Positions 12,290 to 30,200 of a stretch of 64,000 bases of DNA are shown piece by piece. The notes beneath the pieces are model-generated. The model saw only the letters and a list, made by a program, of their open reading frames with translations, searched no databases and was not told where the DNA came from. This stretch comes from Heterodontus francisci (Eukaryota), in assembly GCF_036365525.1 (NCBI RefSeq), contig NC_090378.1:118095593-118159592 (forward strand). The letters run 5' to 3'. The stretch's first letter is position 1; each line of letters opens with the position of its first letter. Position numbers and translations under genes: made by a program.

Positions 12290-15200
12290 ACACACCCACA
12301 GTACTGGGTAACACACCCACACTCAGAGACACTCACCTACAGACAGTACTGGGTAACGCACCCACATTCAGAGACACTCACCTACAGACAGTACTGGGTA
12401 ACGCACCCACACCCAGAGACACTCACCTACAGACAGTACTGGGTAACGCACCCACATTCAGAGACACTCACCTACAGACAGTACTGGGTAATACACCCAC
12501 ACTCAGAGACACACCTACAGACAGTACTGGGTGACACACCCACACTCAGAGACACTCACCTACAGACAGTACTGGGTAACGCACCCACACCCAGAGACAC
12601 AGACCTACAGACAGTACTGGGTAATACACCCACACTCAGAGACACACCTACAGACAGTACTGGGTGACACACCCACACTCAGAGACACTCACCTACAGAC
12701 AGTACTGGGTAACGCACCCACACCCAGAGACACTCACCTACAGACAGTACTGGGTAACGCACCCACATTCAGAGACACTCACCTACAGACAGTACTGGGT
12801 AACGCACCCACACCCAGAGACACTCACCTGCAGACAGTACTGGGTAACGCACCCACATTCAGAGACACTCACCTACAGACAGTACTGGGTAATACACCCA
12901 CACTCAGAGACACACCTACAGACAGTACTGGGTGACACACCCACACTCAGAGACACTCACCTACAGACAGTACTGGGTAACGCACCCACACCCAGAGACA
13001 CTCACCTACAGACAGTACTGGGTACCACACCCACACTCAGAGACACACACCTACAGACAGTACTGGGTAACACACCCACACTCAGAGACACACACCTACA
13101 GACAGTACTGGGGAACGCACCCACTCTCAGAGACACTCACCTACAGACAGTACTGGGTAACACATCCACACTAAGAGACACACACCTACAGACAGTACTG
13201 GGGAACGCACCCACTCTCAGAGACACACACCTGCAGACAGTCCTGGGTAACACACCCACACTCAGAGACACACACCTACAGACAGTACTGGGTAACACAC
13301 CCACACTCAGAGACACACACCTACAGACAGCACTGGGGAACGCACCCACTCTCAGAGACACACACCTACAGACAGTACTGGGTAACACACCCACACTCAG
13401 AGACACACACCTACAGACAGTACTGGGTAACACACCCACACTCAGAGACACACACCTACAGACAGTACTGGGTAACACACCCACACTCAGAGACACACAC
13501 CTACAGACAGTACTGGGTAATACACCCACACTCAGAGACACACACCTACAGACAGTACTGGGTAATACACCCACACTCAGAGACACACACCTACAGACAG
13601 TACTGGGGAACGCACCCACTCTCAGAGACACACACCTGCAGACGGTCCTGGGTAATACACCCACATTCAGAGACACACACCTACAGACAGTACTGGGTAA
13701 CACACCCACACTCAGAGACACACACTGACAGACAGTACTGGGTAACACACCCACATTCAGAGACACTCACTGACAGACAGTACTGGGTAACACATCCACA
13801 CTCAGAGACACGCACCTACAGACAGTACTGGGTAACACACCCACACTCAGAGACACGCACCTACAGACAGTACTGGGTAACACACCCACATTCAGAGACA
13901 CTCACTGACAGACAGTACTGGGTAACACATCCACACTCAGAGACACGCACCTACAGACAGTACTGGGTAACACACCCACACTCAGAGACACACACCTACA
14001 GACAGTACTGGGGAACGCACCCACTCTCAGAGACACACACCTGCAGACAGTCCTGGGTAATACACCCACATTCAGAGACACACACCTACAGACAGTACTG
14101 GGTAACACACCCACATTCAGAGACACTCACTGACAGACAGTACTGGGTAACACATCCACACTCAGAGACACGCACCTACAGACAGTACTGGGTAACACAC
14201 CCACACTCAGAGACACACACCTACAGACAGTACTGGGGAACGCACCCACTCTCAGAGACACACACCTGCAGACAGTCCTGGGTAACACACCCACACTCAG
14301 AGACACACACTGACAGACAGTACTGGGTAATACACCCACACTCAGAGACACACACCTACAGACAGTACTGGGTAACGCACCCACATTCAGAGACACTCAC
14401 CTACAGACAGTACTGGGTAATACACCCACACTCAGAGACACACACCGACAGACAGTACTGGGTGACACACCTACACTCAGAGACACACACCTACAGACAG
14501 TACTGGGGAACGCACCCACTCTCAGAGACACTCACCTACAGACAGTACTGGGTAACACATCCACACTCAGAGACACACACCTACAGACAGTACTGGGGAA
14601 CGCACCCACTCTCAGAGACAGACACCTGCAGACAGTCCTGGGTAACACACCCACACTCAGAGACACACACCTACAGACAGTACTGGGTAACACACCCACA
14701 CTCAGAGACACACACCTACAGACAGCACTGGGGAACGCACCCACTCTCAGAGACACACACCTACAGACAGTACTGGGTAACACACCCACACTCAGAGACA
14801 CACACCTACAGACAGTACTGGGTAACACACCTACACTCAGAGACACACACCTACAGACAGTACTGGGTAACACACCCACACTCAGAGACACACACCTACA
14901 GACAGTACTGGGTAATACACCCACACTCAGAGACACACACCTACAGACAGTACTGGGTAATACACCCACACTCAGAGACACACACTGACAGAGAGTACTG
15001 GGTAACACACCCACATTCAGAGACACTCACTGACAGACAGTACTGGGTAACACATCCACACTCAGAGACACGCACCTACAGACAGTACTGGGTAACACAC
15101 CCACACTCAGAGACACGCACCTACAGACAGTACTGGGTAACACACCCACATTCAGAGACACTCACTGACAGACAGCACTGGGTAACACATCCACACTCAG

Positions 15201-18200
15201 AGACACGCACCTACAGACAGTACTGGGTAACACACCCACACTCAGAGACACACACCTACAGACAGTACTGGGGAACGCACCCACTCTCAGAGACACACAC
15301 CTGCAGACAGTCCTGGGTAATACACCCACATTCAGAGACACACACCTACAGACAGTACTGGGTAACACACCCACATTCAGAGACACTCACTGACAGACAG
15401 TACTGGGTAACACATCCACACTCAGAGACACGCACCTACAGACAGTACTGGGTAACACACCCACACTCAGAGACACACACCTACAGACAGTACTGGGGAA
15501 CGCACCCACTCTCAGAGACACACAACTGCAGACAGTCCTGGGTAACACACCCACACTCAGAGACACACACTGACAGACAGTACTGGGTAATACACCCACA
15601 CTCAGAGACACACACCTACAGACAGTACTGGGTAACGCACCCACATTCAGAGACACTCACCTACAGACAGTACTGGGTAATACACCCACACTCAGAGACA
15701 CACACCGACAGACAGTACTGGGTGACACACCTACACTCAGAGACACACACCTACAGACAGTACTGGGGAACGCACCCACTCTCAGAGACACTCACCTACA
15801 GACAGTACTGGGTAACACATCCACACTCAGAGACACACACCTACAGACAGTACTGGGGAACGCACCCACTCTCAGAGACACACACCTGCAGACAGTCCTG
15901 GGTAACACACCCACACTCAGAGACACACACCTACAGACAGTACTGGGTAACACACCCACACTCAGAGACACACACCTACAGACAGCACTGGGGAACGCAC
16001 CCACTCTCAGAGACACACACCTACAGACAGTACTGGGTAACACACCCACACTCAGAGACACACACCTACAGACAGTACTGTGTAACACACCTACACTCAG
16101 AGACACACACCTACAGACAGTACTGGGTAACACACCCACACTCAGAGACACGCACCTACAGACAGTACTGGGTAATACACCCACACTCAGAGACACACAC
16201 CTACAGACAGTACTGGGTAATACACCCACACTCAGAGACACACACTGACAGACAGTACTGGGTAATACACCCACACTCAGAGACACACACCTACAGACAG
16301 TACTGGGGAACGCACCCACTCTCAGAGACACACACCTGCAGACAGTCCTGGGTAATACACCCACATTCAGAGACACACATCTACAGACAGTACTGGGTAA
16401 CCCACCCACACTCAGAGACACACACTGACAGACAGTACTGGGTAACACACCCACATTCAGAGACACTCACTGACAGACAGTACTGGGTAACACATCTACA
16501 CTCAGAGACACGCACCTACAGACAGTACTGGGTAACACACCCACACTCAGAGACACGCACCTACAGACAGTACTGGGTAACACACCCACATTCAGAGACA
16601 CTCACTGACAGACAGTACTGGGTAACACATCCACACTCAGAGACACGCACCTACAGACAGTACTGGGTAACACACCCACACTCAGAGACACACACCTACA
16701 GACAGTACTGGGGAACGCACCCACTCTCAGAGACACACACCTGCAGACAGTCCTGGGTAACACACCCACACTCAGAGACACACACTGACAGACAGTACTG
16801 GGTAATACACCCACACTCAGAGACACACACCGACAGACATACTGGGTGACACACCTACACTCAGAGACACACACCTACAGACAGTACTGGGGAACGCACC
16901 CACTCTCAGAGACACACACCTGCAGACAGTCCTGGGTAACACACCCACACTCAGAGACACTCACCTACAGACAGTACTGGGTAATACACCCACATTCAGA
17001 GACACACACCTACAGACAGTACTGGGTAACACACCCACACTCAGAGACACACACCTACAGACAGCACTGGGGAACGCATCCACTCTCTGAGACACACACC
17101 TACAGACAGTACAGGGTAACACACCCACACTCAGAGACACACACCTACAGACAGTACTGGGTAACACACCCACATTCAGAGACACTCACTGACAGACAGT
17201 ACTGGGTAACACATCCACACTCAGAGACACGCACCTACAGACAGTACTGGGTAACACACCCACACTCAGAGACACACACCTACAGACAGTACTGGGGAAC
17301 GCACCCACACTCAGAGACACACACCTGCAGACAGTCCTGGGTAATACACCCACATTCAGAGACACACACCTACAGACAGTACTGGGTAACACACCCACAT
17401 TCAGAGACACTCACTGACAGACAGTACTGGGTAACACATCCACACTCAGAGACACGCACCTACAGACAGTACTGGGTAACACACCCACACTCAGAGACAC
17501 ACACCTACAGACAGTACTGGGGAACGCACCCACTCTCAGAGACACACACCTGCAGACAGTCCTGGGTAACACACCCACAATCAGAGACACACACTGACAG
17601 ACAGTACTGGGTAATACACCCACACTCAGAGACACACACCTACAGACAGTACTGGGTAACGCACCCACATTCAGAGACACTCACCTACAGACAGTACTGG
17701 GTAATACACCCACTCTCAGAGACACACACCGACAGACAGTACTGGGTGACACACCTACACTCAGAGACACACACCTACAGACAGTACTGGGTAACACACC
17801 CACACTCAGAGACACACACCGACAGACATACTGGGTGACACACCTACACTCAGAGACACACACCTACAGACAGTACTGGGGAACGCACCCACTCTCAGAG
17901 ACACACACCTGCAGACAGTCCTGGGTAACACACCCACACTCAGAGACACTCACCTACAGACAGTACTGGGTAATACACCCACATTCAGAGACACACACCT
18001 ACAGACAGTACTGGGTAACACACCCACACTCAGAGACACACACCTACAGACAGCACTGGGGAACGCATCCACTCTCTGAGACACACACCTACAGACAGTA
18101 CAGGGTAACACACCCACACTCAGAGACACACACCTACAGACAGTACTGGGTAACACACCCACATTCAGAGACACTCACTGACAGACAGTACTGGGTAACA

Positions 18201-21200
18201 CATCCACACTCAGAGACACGCACCTACAGACAGTACTGGGTAACACACCCACACTCAGAGACACACACCTACAGACAGTACTGGGGAACGCACCCACATT
18301 CAGAGACACTCACCTACAGACAGTACTGGGTAATACACCCACACTCAGAGACACACACCGACAGACAGTACTGGGTGACACACCTACACTCAGAGACACA
18401 CACCGACAGACAGTACTGGGGAACGCACCCACTCTCAGAGACACTCACCTACAGACAGTACTGGGTAACACATCCACACTCAGAGACACACACCTACAGA
18501 CAGCACTGGGGAGCGCACCCACTCTCAGAGACACACACCTACAGACAGTACTGGGTAACACACCCACACTCAGAGACACACACCTACAGACAGTACTGGG
18601 TAACACACCCACACTCAGAGACACACACCTACAGACAGTCCTGGGTAACACACCCACACTCAGAGACACACACCTACAGACAGTACTGGGTAATACACCC
18701 ACACTCAGAGACACACACCTACAGACAGTACTGGGTAATACACCCACACTCAGAGACACACACCTACAGACAGTACTGGGGAACGCACCCACTCTCAGAG
18801 ACACACACCTGCAGACAGTCCTGGGTCACACACCCACACTCAGAGACACACACTGACAGACAGTACTGGGTAATACACCCACACTCAGAGACACACACCT
18901 ACAGACAGTACTGGGTGACACACCTACACTCAGAGACACACACCTACAGACAGTACTGGGGAACGCACCCACTCTCAGAGACACACACCTGCAGACAGTC
19001 CTGGGTAACACACCCACACTCAGAGACACTCACCTACAGACAGTACTGGGTAATACACCCACATTCAGAGACACACACCTACAGACAGTACTGGGTAACA
19101 CACCCACACTCAGAGACACTCACCTACAGACAGTACTGGGTAACACATCCACACTCAGAGACACACACCTACAGACAGCACTGGGGAGCGCACCCACTCT
19201 CAGAGACACACACCTACAGACAGTACTGGGTAACACACCCACACTCAGAGACACACACCTACAGACAGTACTGCGTAACACACCCACACTCAGAGACACA
19301 CACCTACAGACAGTCCTGGGTAACACACCCACACTCAGAGACACACACCTACAGACAGTACTGGGTAATACACCCACACTCAGAGACACACACCTACAGA
19401 CAGTACTGGGTAATACACCCACACTCAGAGACACACACCTACAGACAGTACTGGGGAACGCACCCACTCTCAGAGACACACACCTGCAGACAGTCCTGGG
19501 TCACACACCCACACTCAGAGACACACACTGACAGACAGTACTGGGTAATACACCCACACTCAGAGACACACACCGACAGACAGTACTGGGTGACACACCT
19601 ACACTCAGAGACACACACCTACAGACAGTACTGGGGAACGCACCCACTCTCAGAGACACACACCTGCAGACAGTCCTGGGTAACACACCCACACTCAGAG
19701 ACACACACCTACAGACAGTACTGGGTAATACACCCACATTCAGAGACACACACCTACAGACAGTACTGGGTAACACACCCACACTCAGAGACACACACCT
19801 ACAGACAGCACTGGGGAACGCATCCACTCTCTGAGACACACACCTACAGACAGTACAGGGTAACACACCCACACTCAGAGACACACACCTACAGACAGTA
19901 CTGGGTAACACACCCACATTCAGAGACACTCACTGACAGACAGTACTGGGTAACACATCCACACTCAGAGACACGCACCTACAGACAGTACTGGGTAACA
20001 CACCCACACTCAGAGACACACACCTACAGACAGTACTGGGGAACGCACCCACACTCAGAGACACACACCTGCAGACAGTCCTGGGTAATACACCCACATT
20101 CAGAGACACACACCTACAGACAGTACTGGGTAACACACCCACATTCAGAGACACTCACTGACAGACAGTACTGGGTAACACATCCACACTCAGAGACACG
20201 CACCTACAGACAGTACTGGGTAACACACCCACACTCAGAGACACACACCTACAGACAGTACTGGGGAACGCACCCACTCTCAGAGACACACACCTGCAGA
20301 CAGTCCTGGGTAACACACCCACACTCAGAGACACACACTGACAGACAGTACTGGGTAATACACCCACACTCAGAGACACACACCTACAGACAGTACTGGG
20401 TAACGCACCCACATTCAGAGACACTCACCTACAGACAGTACTGGGTAATACACCCACACTCAGAGACACACACCGACAGACAGTACTGGGTGACACACCT
20501 ACACTCAGAGACACACACCGACAGACAGTACTGGGGAACGCACCCACTCTCAGAGACACTCACCTACAGACAGTACTGGGTAAAACATCCACACTCAGAG
20601 ACACACACCTACAGACAGCACTGGGGAGCGCACCCACTCTCAGAGACACACACCTACAGACAGTACTGGGGAACGCACCCACTCTCAGAGACACACACCT
20701 GCAGACAGTCCTGGGTCACACACCCACACTCAGAGACACACACTGACAGACAGTACTGGGTAATACACCCACACTCAGAGACACACACCGACAGACAGTA
20801 CTGGGTGACACACCTACACTCAGAGACACACACCTACAGACAGTACTGGGGAACGCACCCACTCTCAGAGACACACACCTGCAGACAGTCCTGGGTAACA
20901 CACCCACACTCAGAGACACTCACCTACAGACAGTACTGGGTAATACACCCACATTCAGAGACACACACCTACAGACAGTACTGGGTAACACACCCACACT
21001 CAGAGACACTCACCTACAGACAGTACTGGGTAACACATCCACACTCAGAGACACACACCTACAGACAGCACTGGGGAGCGCACCCACTCTCAGAGACACA
21101 CACCTACAGACAGTACTGGGTAACACACCCACACTCAGAGACACACACCTACAGACAGTACTGGGTAACACACCCACACTCAGAGACACACACCTACAGA

Positions 21201-24200
21201 CAGTCCTGGGTAACACACCCACACTCAGAGACACACACCTACAGACAGTACTGGGTAATACACCCACACTCAGAGACACACACCTACAGACAGTACTGGG
21301 TAATACACCCACACTCAGAGACACACACCTACAGACAGTACTGGGGAACGCACCCACTCTCAGAGACACACACCTGCAGACAGTCCTGGGTCACACACCC
21401 ACACTCAGAGACACACACTGACAGACAGTACTGGGTAATACACCCACACTCAGAGACACACACCGACAGACAGTACTGGGTGACACACCTACACTCAGAG
21501 ACACACACCTACAGACAGTACTGGGGAACGCACCCACTCTCAGAGACACACACCTGCAGACAGTCCTGGGTAACACACCCACACTCAGAGACACTCACCT
21601 ACAGACAGTACTGGGTAATACACCCACATTCAGAGACACACACCTACAGACAGTACTGGGTAACACACCCACACTCAGAGACACACACCTACAGACAGCA
21701 CTGGGGAACGCATCCACTCTCTGAGACACACACCTACAGACAGTACAGGGTAACACACCCACACTCAGAGACACACACCTACAGACAGTACTGGGTAACA
21801 CACCCACATTCAGAGACACTCACTGACAGACAGTACTGGGTAACACATCCACACTCAGAGACACGCACCTACAGACAGTACTGGGTAACACACCCACACT
21901 CAGAGACACACACCTACAGACAGTACTGGGGAACGCACCCACACTCAGAGACACACACCTGCAGACAGTCCTGGGTAATACACCCACATTCAGAGACACA
22001 CACCTACAGACAGTACTGGGTAACACACCCACATTCAGAGACACTCACTGACAGACAGTACTGGGTAACACATCCACACTCAGAGACACGCACCTACAGA
22101 CAGTACTGGGTAACACACCCACACTCAGAGACACACACCTACAGACAGTACTGGGGAACGCACCCACTCTCAGAGACACACACCTGCAGACAGTCCTGGG
22201 TAACACACCCACACTCAGAGACACACACTGACAGACAGTACTGGGTAATACACCCACACTCAGAGACACACACCTACAGACAGTACTGGGTAACGCACCC
22301 ACATTCAGAGACACTCACCTACAGACAGTACTGGGTAATACACCCACACTCAGAGACACACACCGACAGACAGTACTGGGTGACACACCTAAACTCAGAG
22401 ACACACACCGACAGACAGTACTGGGGAACGCACCCACTCTCAGAGACACTCACCTACAGACAGTACTGGGTAACACATCCACACTCAGAGACACACACCT
22501 ACAGACAGCACTGGGGAGCGCACCCACTCTCAGAGACACACACCTACAGACAGTACTGGGTAACACACCCACACTCAGAGACACACACCTACAGACAGTA
22601 CTGGGTAACACACCCACACTCAGAGACACACACCTACAGACAGTCCTGGGTAACACACCCACACTCAGAGACACACACCTACAGACAGTACTGGGTAATA
22701 CACCCACACTCAGAGACACACACCTACAGACAGTACTGGGTAATACACCCACACTCAGAGACACACACCTACAGACAGTACTGGGGAACGCACCCACTCT
22801 CAGAGACACACACCTGCAGACAGTCCTGGGTCACACACCCACACTCAGAGACACACACTGACAGACAGTACTGGGTAATACACCCACACTCAGAGACACA
22901 CACCGACAGACAGTACTGGGTGACACACCTACACTCAGAGACACACACCTACAGACAGTACTGGGGAACGCACCCACTCTCAGAGACACACACCTGCAGA
23001 CAGTCCTGGGTAACACACCCACACTCAGAGACACTCACCTACAGACAGTACTGGGTAATACACCCACATTCAGAGACACACACCTACAGACAGTACTGGG
23101 TAACACACCCACACTCAGAGACACACACCTACAGACAGTACTGGGTAACACACCCACATTCAGAGACACTCACTGACAGACAGCACTGGGTAACACATCC
23201 ACACTCAGAGACACGCACCTACAGACAGTACTGGGTAATACACCCACATTCAGAGACACACACCTACAGACAGTACTGGGTAACACACCCACACTCAGAG
23301 ACACGCACCTACAGACAGTACTGGGTAACACACCCACATTCAGAGACACTCACTGACAGACAGCACTGGGTAACACATCCACACTCAGAGACACGCACCT
23401 ACAGACAGTACTGGGTAACACACCCACACTCAGAGACACACACCTACAGACAGTACTGGGGAACGCACCCACTCTCAGAGACACACACCTGCAGACAGTC
23501 CTGGGTAATACACCCACATTCAGAGACACACACCTATAGACAGTACTGGGTAACACACCCACATTCAGAGACACTCACTGACAGACAGTACTGGGTAACA
23601 CATCCACACTCAGAGACACGCACCTACAGACAGTACTGGGTAACACACCCACACTCAGAGACACACACCTACAGACAGTACTGGGGAACGCAACCACTCT
23701 CAGAGACACACAACTGCAGACAGTCCTGGGTAACACACCCACACTCAGAGACACACACTGACAGACAGTACTGGGTAATACACCCACACTCAGAGACACA
23801 CACCTACAGACAGTACTGGGTAACGCACCCACATTCAGAGACACTCACCTACAGACAGTACTGGGTAATACACCCACACTCAGAGACACACACCGACAGA
23901 CAGTACTGGGTGACACACCTACACTCAGAGACACACACCTACAGACAGTACTGGGGAACGCACCCACTCTCAGAGACACTCACCTACAGACAGTACTGGG
24001 TAACACATCCACACTCAGAGACACACACCTACAGACAGTACTGGGGAACGCACCCACTCTCAGAGACACACACCTGCAGACAGTCCTGGGTAACACACCC
24101 ACACTCAGAGACACACACCTACAGACAGTACTGGGTAACACACCCACACTCAGAGACACACACCTACAGACAGCACTGGGGAACGCACCCACTCTCAGAG

Positions 24201-27200
24201 ACACACACCTACAGACAGTACTGGGTAACACACCCACACTCAGAGACACACACCTACAGACAGTACTGTGTAACACACCTACACTCAGAGACACACACCT
24301 ACAGACAGTACTGGGTAACACACCCACACTCAGAGACACACACCTACAGACAGTACTGGGTAATACACCCACACTCAGAGACACACACCTACAGACAGTA
24401 CTGGGTAATACACCCACACTCAGAGACACACACTGACAGACAGTACTGGGTAATACACCCACACTCAGAGACACACACCTACAGACAGTACTGGGGAACG
24501 CACCCACTCTCAGAGACACACACCTGCAGACAGTCCTGGGTAATACACCCACATTCAGAGACACACACCTACAGACAGTACTGGGTAACCCACCCACACT
24601 CAGAGACACACACTGACAGACAGTACTGGGTAACACACCCACATTCAGAGACACTCACTGACAGACAGTACTGGGTAACACATCTACACTCAGAGACACG
24701 CACCTACAGACAGTACTGGGTAACACACCCACACTCAGAGACACGCACCTACAGACAGTACTGGGTAACACACCCACATTCAGAGACACTCACTGACAGA
24801 CAGTACTGGGTAACACATCCACACTCAGAGACACGCACCTACAGACAGTACTGGGTAACACACCCGCACTCAGAGACACACACCTACAGACAGTACTGGG
24901 GAACGCACCCACTCTCAGAGACACACACCTGCAGACAGTCCTGGGTAACACACCCACACTCAGAGACACACACTGACAGACAGTACTGGGTAATACACCC
25001 ACACTCAGAGACACACACCGACAGACATACTGGGTGACACACCTACACTCAGAGACACACACCTACAGACAGTACTGGGGAACGCACCCACTCTCAGAGA
25101 CACACACCTGCAGACAGTCCTGGGTAACACACCCACACTCAGAGACACTCACCTACAGACAGTACTGGGTAATACACCCACATTCAGAGACACACACCTA
25201 CAGACAGTACTGGGTAACACACCCACACTCAGAGACACACACCTACAGACAGCACTGGGGAACGCATCCACTCTCTGAGACACACACCTACAGACAGTAC
25301 AGGGTAACACACCCACACTCAGAGACACACACCTACAGACAGTACTGGGTAACACACCCACATTCAGAGACACTCACTGACAGACAGTACTGGGTAACAC
25401 ATCCACACTCAGAGACACGCACCTACAGACAGTACTGGGTAACACACCCACACTCAGAGACACACACCTACAGACAGTACTGGGGAACGCACCCACACTC
25501 AGAGACACACACCTGCAGACAGTCCTGGGTAATACACCCACATTCAGAGACACACACCTACAGACAGTACTGGGTAACACACCCACATTCAGAGACACTC
25601 ACTGACAGACAGTACTGGGTAACACATCCACACTCAGAGACACGCACCTACAGACAGTACTGGGTAACAAACCCACACTCAGAGACACACACCTACAGAC
25701 AGTACTGGGGAACGCACCCACTCTCAGAGACACACACCTGCAGACAGTCCTGGGTAACACACCCACAATCAGAGACACACACTGACAGACAGTACTGGGT
25801 AATACACCCACACTCAGAGACACACACCTACAGACAGTACTGGGTAGCGCACCCACATTCAGAGACACTCACCTACAGACAGTACTGGGTAATACACCCA
25901 CACTCAGAGACACACACCTACAGACAGTACTGGGTAACGCACCCACATTCAGAGACACTCACCTACAGACAGTACTGGGTAATACACCCACACTCAGAGA
26001 CACACACCGACAGACAGTACTGGGTGACACACCTACACTCAGAGACACACACCTACAGACAGTACTGGGGAACGCACCCACTCTCAGAGACACTCACCTA
26101 CAGACAGTACTGGGTAACACATCCACACTCAGAGACACACACCTACAGACAGTACTGGGGAACGCACCCACTCTCAGAGACACACACCTGCAGACAGTCC
26201 TGGGTAACACACCCACACTCAGAGACACACACCTACAGACAGTACTGGGTAACACACCCACACTCAGAGAAACACACCTACAGACAGCACTGGGGAACGC
26301 ACCCACTCTCAGAGACACACACCTACAGACAGTACTGGGTAACACACCCACACTCAGAGACACACACCTACAGACAGTACTGTGTAACACACCTACACTC
26401 AGAGACACACACCTACAGACAGTACTGGGTAACACACCCACACTCAGAGACACACACCTACAGACAGTACTGGGTAATACACCCACACTCAGAGACACAC
26501 ACCTACAGACAGTACTGGGTAATACACCCACACTCAGAGACACACTCTGACAGACAGTACTGGGTAATACACCCACACTCAGAGACACACACCTACAGAC
26601 AGTACTGGGGAACGCACCCACTCTCAGAGACACACACCTGCAGACAGTCCTGGGTAATACACCCACATTCAGAGACACACACCTACAGACAGTACTGGGT
26701 AACCCACCCACACTCAGAGACACACACTGACAGACAGTACTGGGTAACACACCCACATTCAGAGACACTCACTGACAGACAGTACTGGGAAACACATCTA
26801 CACTCAGAGACACGCACCTACAGACAGTACTGGGTAACACACCCACACTCAGAGACACGCACCTACAGACAGTACTGGGTAACACACCCACATTCAGAGA
26901 CACTCACTGACAGACAGTACTGGGTAACACATCCACACTCAGAGACACGCACCTACAGACAGTACTGGGTAACACACCCACACTCAGAGACACACACCTA
27001 CAGACAGTACTGGGGAACGCACCCACTCTCAGAGACACACACCTGCAGACAGTCCTGGGTAACACACCCACACTCAGAGACACACACTGACAGACAGTAC
27101 TGGGTAATACACCCACACTCAGAGACACACACCGACAGACATACTGGGTGACACACCTACACTCAGAGACACACACCTACAGACAGTACTGGGGAACGCA

Positions 27201-30200
27201 CCCACTCTCAGAGACACACACCTGCAGACAGTCCTGGGTAACACACCCACACTCAGAGACACTCACCTACAGACAGTACTGGGTAATACACCCACATTCA
27301 GAGACACACACCTACAGACAGTACTGGGTAACACACCCACACTCAGAGACACACACCTACAGACAGCACTGGGGAACGCATCCACTCTCTGAGACACACA
27401 CCTACAGACAGTACAGGGTAACACACCCACACTCAGAGACACACACCTACAGACAGTACTGGGTAACACACCCACATTCAGAGACACTCACTGACAGACA
27501 GTACTGGGTAACACATCCACACTCAGAGACACGCACCTACAGACAGTACTGGGTAACACACCCACACTCAGAGACACACACCTACAGACAGTACTGGGGA
27601 ACGCACCCACACTCAGAGACACACACCTGCAGACAGTCCTGGGTAATACACCCACATTCAGAGACACACACCTACAGACAGTACTGGGTAACACACCCAC
27701 ATTCAGAGACACTCACTGACAGACAGTACTGGGTAACACATCCACACTCAGAGACACGCACCTACAGACAGTACTGGGTAACACACCCACACTCAGAGAC
27801 ACACACCTACAGACAGTACTGGGGAACGCACCCACTCTCAGAGACACACAACTGCAGACAGTCCTGGGTAACACACCCACAATCAGAGACACACACTGAC
27901 AGACAGTACTGGGTAATACACCCACACTCAGAGACACACACCTACAGACAGTACTGGGTAACGCACCCACATTCAGAGACACTCACCTACAGACAGTACT
28001 GGGTAATACACCCACACTCAGAGACACACACCGACAGACAGTACTGGGTGACACACCTACACTCAGAGACACACACCGACAGACAGTACTGGGGAACGCA
28101 CCCACTCTCAGAGACACTCGCCTACAGACAGTACTGGGTAACACATCCACACTCAGAGACACACACCTACAGACAGCACTGGTGAGCGCACCCACTCTCA
28201 GAGACACACACCTACAGACAGTACTGGGTAACACACCCACACTCAGAGACACACACCTACAGACAGTACTGGGTAACACACCCACACTCAGAGACACACA
28301 CCGACAGACATACTGGGTGACACACCTACACTCAGAGACACACACCTACAGACAGTACTGGGGAACGCACCCACTCTCAGAGACACACACCTGCAGACAG
28401 TCCTGGGTAACACACCCACACTCAGAGACACTCACCTACAGACAGTACTGGGTAATACACCCACATTCAGAGACACACACCTACAGACAGTACTGGGTAA
28501 CACACCCACACTCAGAGACACACACCTACAGACAGCACTGGGGAACGCATCCACTCTCTGAGACACACACCTACAGACAGTACAGGGTAACACACCCACA
28601 CTCAGAGACACACACCTACAGACAGTACTGGGTAACACACCCACATTCAGAGACACTCACTGACAGACAGTACTGGGTAACACATCCACACTCAGAGACA
28701 CGCACCTACAGACAGTACTGGGTAACACACCCACACTCAGAGACACACACCTACAGACAGTACTGGGGAACGCACCCACACTCAGAGACACACACCTGCA
28801 GACAGTCCTGGGTAATACACCCACATTCAGAGACACACACCTACAGACAGTACTGGGTAACACACCCACATTCAGAGACACTCACTGACAGACAGTACTG
28901 GGTAACACATCCACACTCAGAGACACACACCTACAGACAGTACTGGGTAACACACCCACACTCAGAGACACACACCTACAGACAGTACTGGGGAACGCAC
29001 CCACTCTCAGAGACACACACCTGCAGACAGTCCTGGGTAACACACCCACACTCAGAGACACACACTGACAGACAGTACTGGGTAATACACCCACACTCAG
29101 AGACACACACCTACAGACAGTACTGGGTAACACACCCACACTCAGAGACACTCACCTACAGACAGTACTGGGTAACACATCCACACTCAGAGACACACAC
29201 CTACAGACAGCACTGGGGAGCACACCCACTCTCAGAGACACACACCTACAGACAGTACTGGGTAACACACCCACACTCAGAGACACACACCTACAGACAG
29301 TACTGGGTAACACACCCACACTCAGAGACACACACCTACAGACAGTCCTGGGTAACACACCCACACTCAGAGACACACACCTACAGACAGTACTGGGTAA
29401 TACACCCACACTCAGAGACACACACCTACAGACAGTACTGGGTAATACACCCACACTCAGAGACACACACCTACAGACAGTACTGGGGAACGCACCCACT
29501 CTCAGAGACACACACCTGCAGACAGTCCTGGGTCACACACCCACACTCAGAGACACACACTGACAGACAGTACTGGGTAATACACCCACACTCAGAGACA
29601 CACACCGACAGACAGTACTGGGTGACACACCTACACTCAGAGACACACACCTACAGACAGTACTGGGGAACGCACCCACTCTCAGAGACACACACCTGCA
29701 GACAGTCCTGGGTAACACACCCACACTCAGAGACACTCACCTACAGACAGTACTGGGTAATACACCCACATTCAGAGACACACACCTACAGACAGTACTG
29801 GGTAACACACCCACACTCAGAGACACACACCTACAGACAGCACTGGGGAACGCATCCACTCTCTGAGACACACACCTACAGACAGTACAGGGTAACACAC
29901 CCACACTCAGAGACACACACCTACAGACAGTACTGGGTAACACACCCACATTCAGAGACACTCACTGACAGACAGTACTGGGTAACACATCCACACTCAG
30001 AGACACGCACCTACAGACAGTACTGGGTAACACACCCACAATCAGAGACACACACCTACAGACAGTACTGGGGAACGCACCCACACTCAGAGACACACAC
30101 CTGCAGACAGTCCTGGGTAATACACCCACATTCAGAGACACACACCTACAGACAGTACTGGGTAACACACCCACATTCAGAGACACTCACTGACAGACAG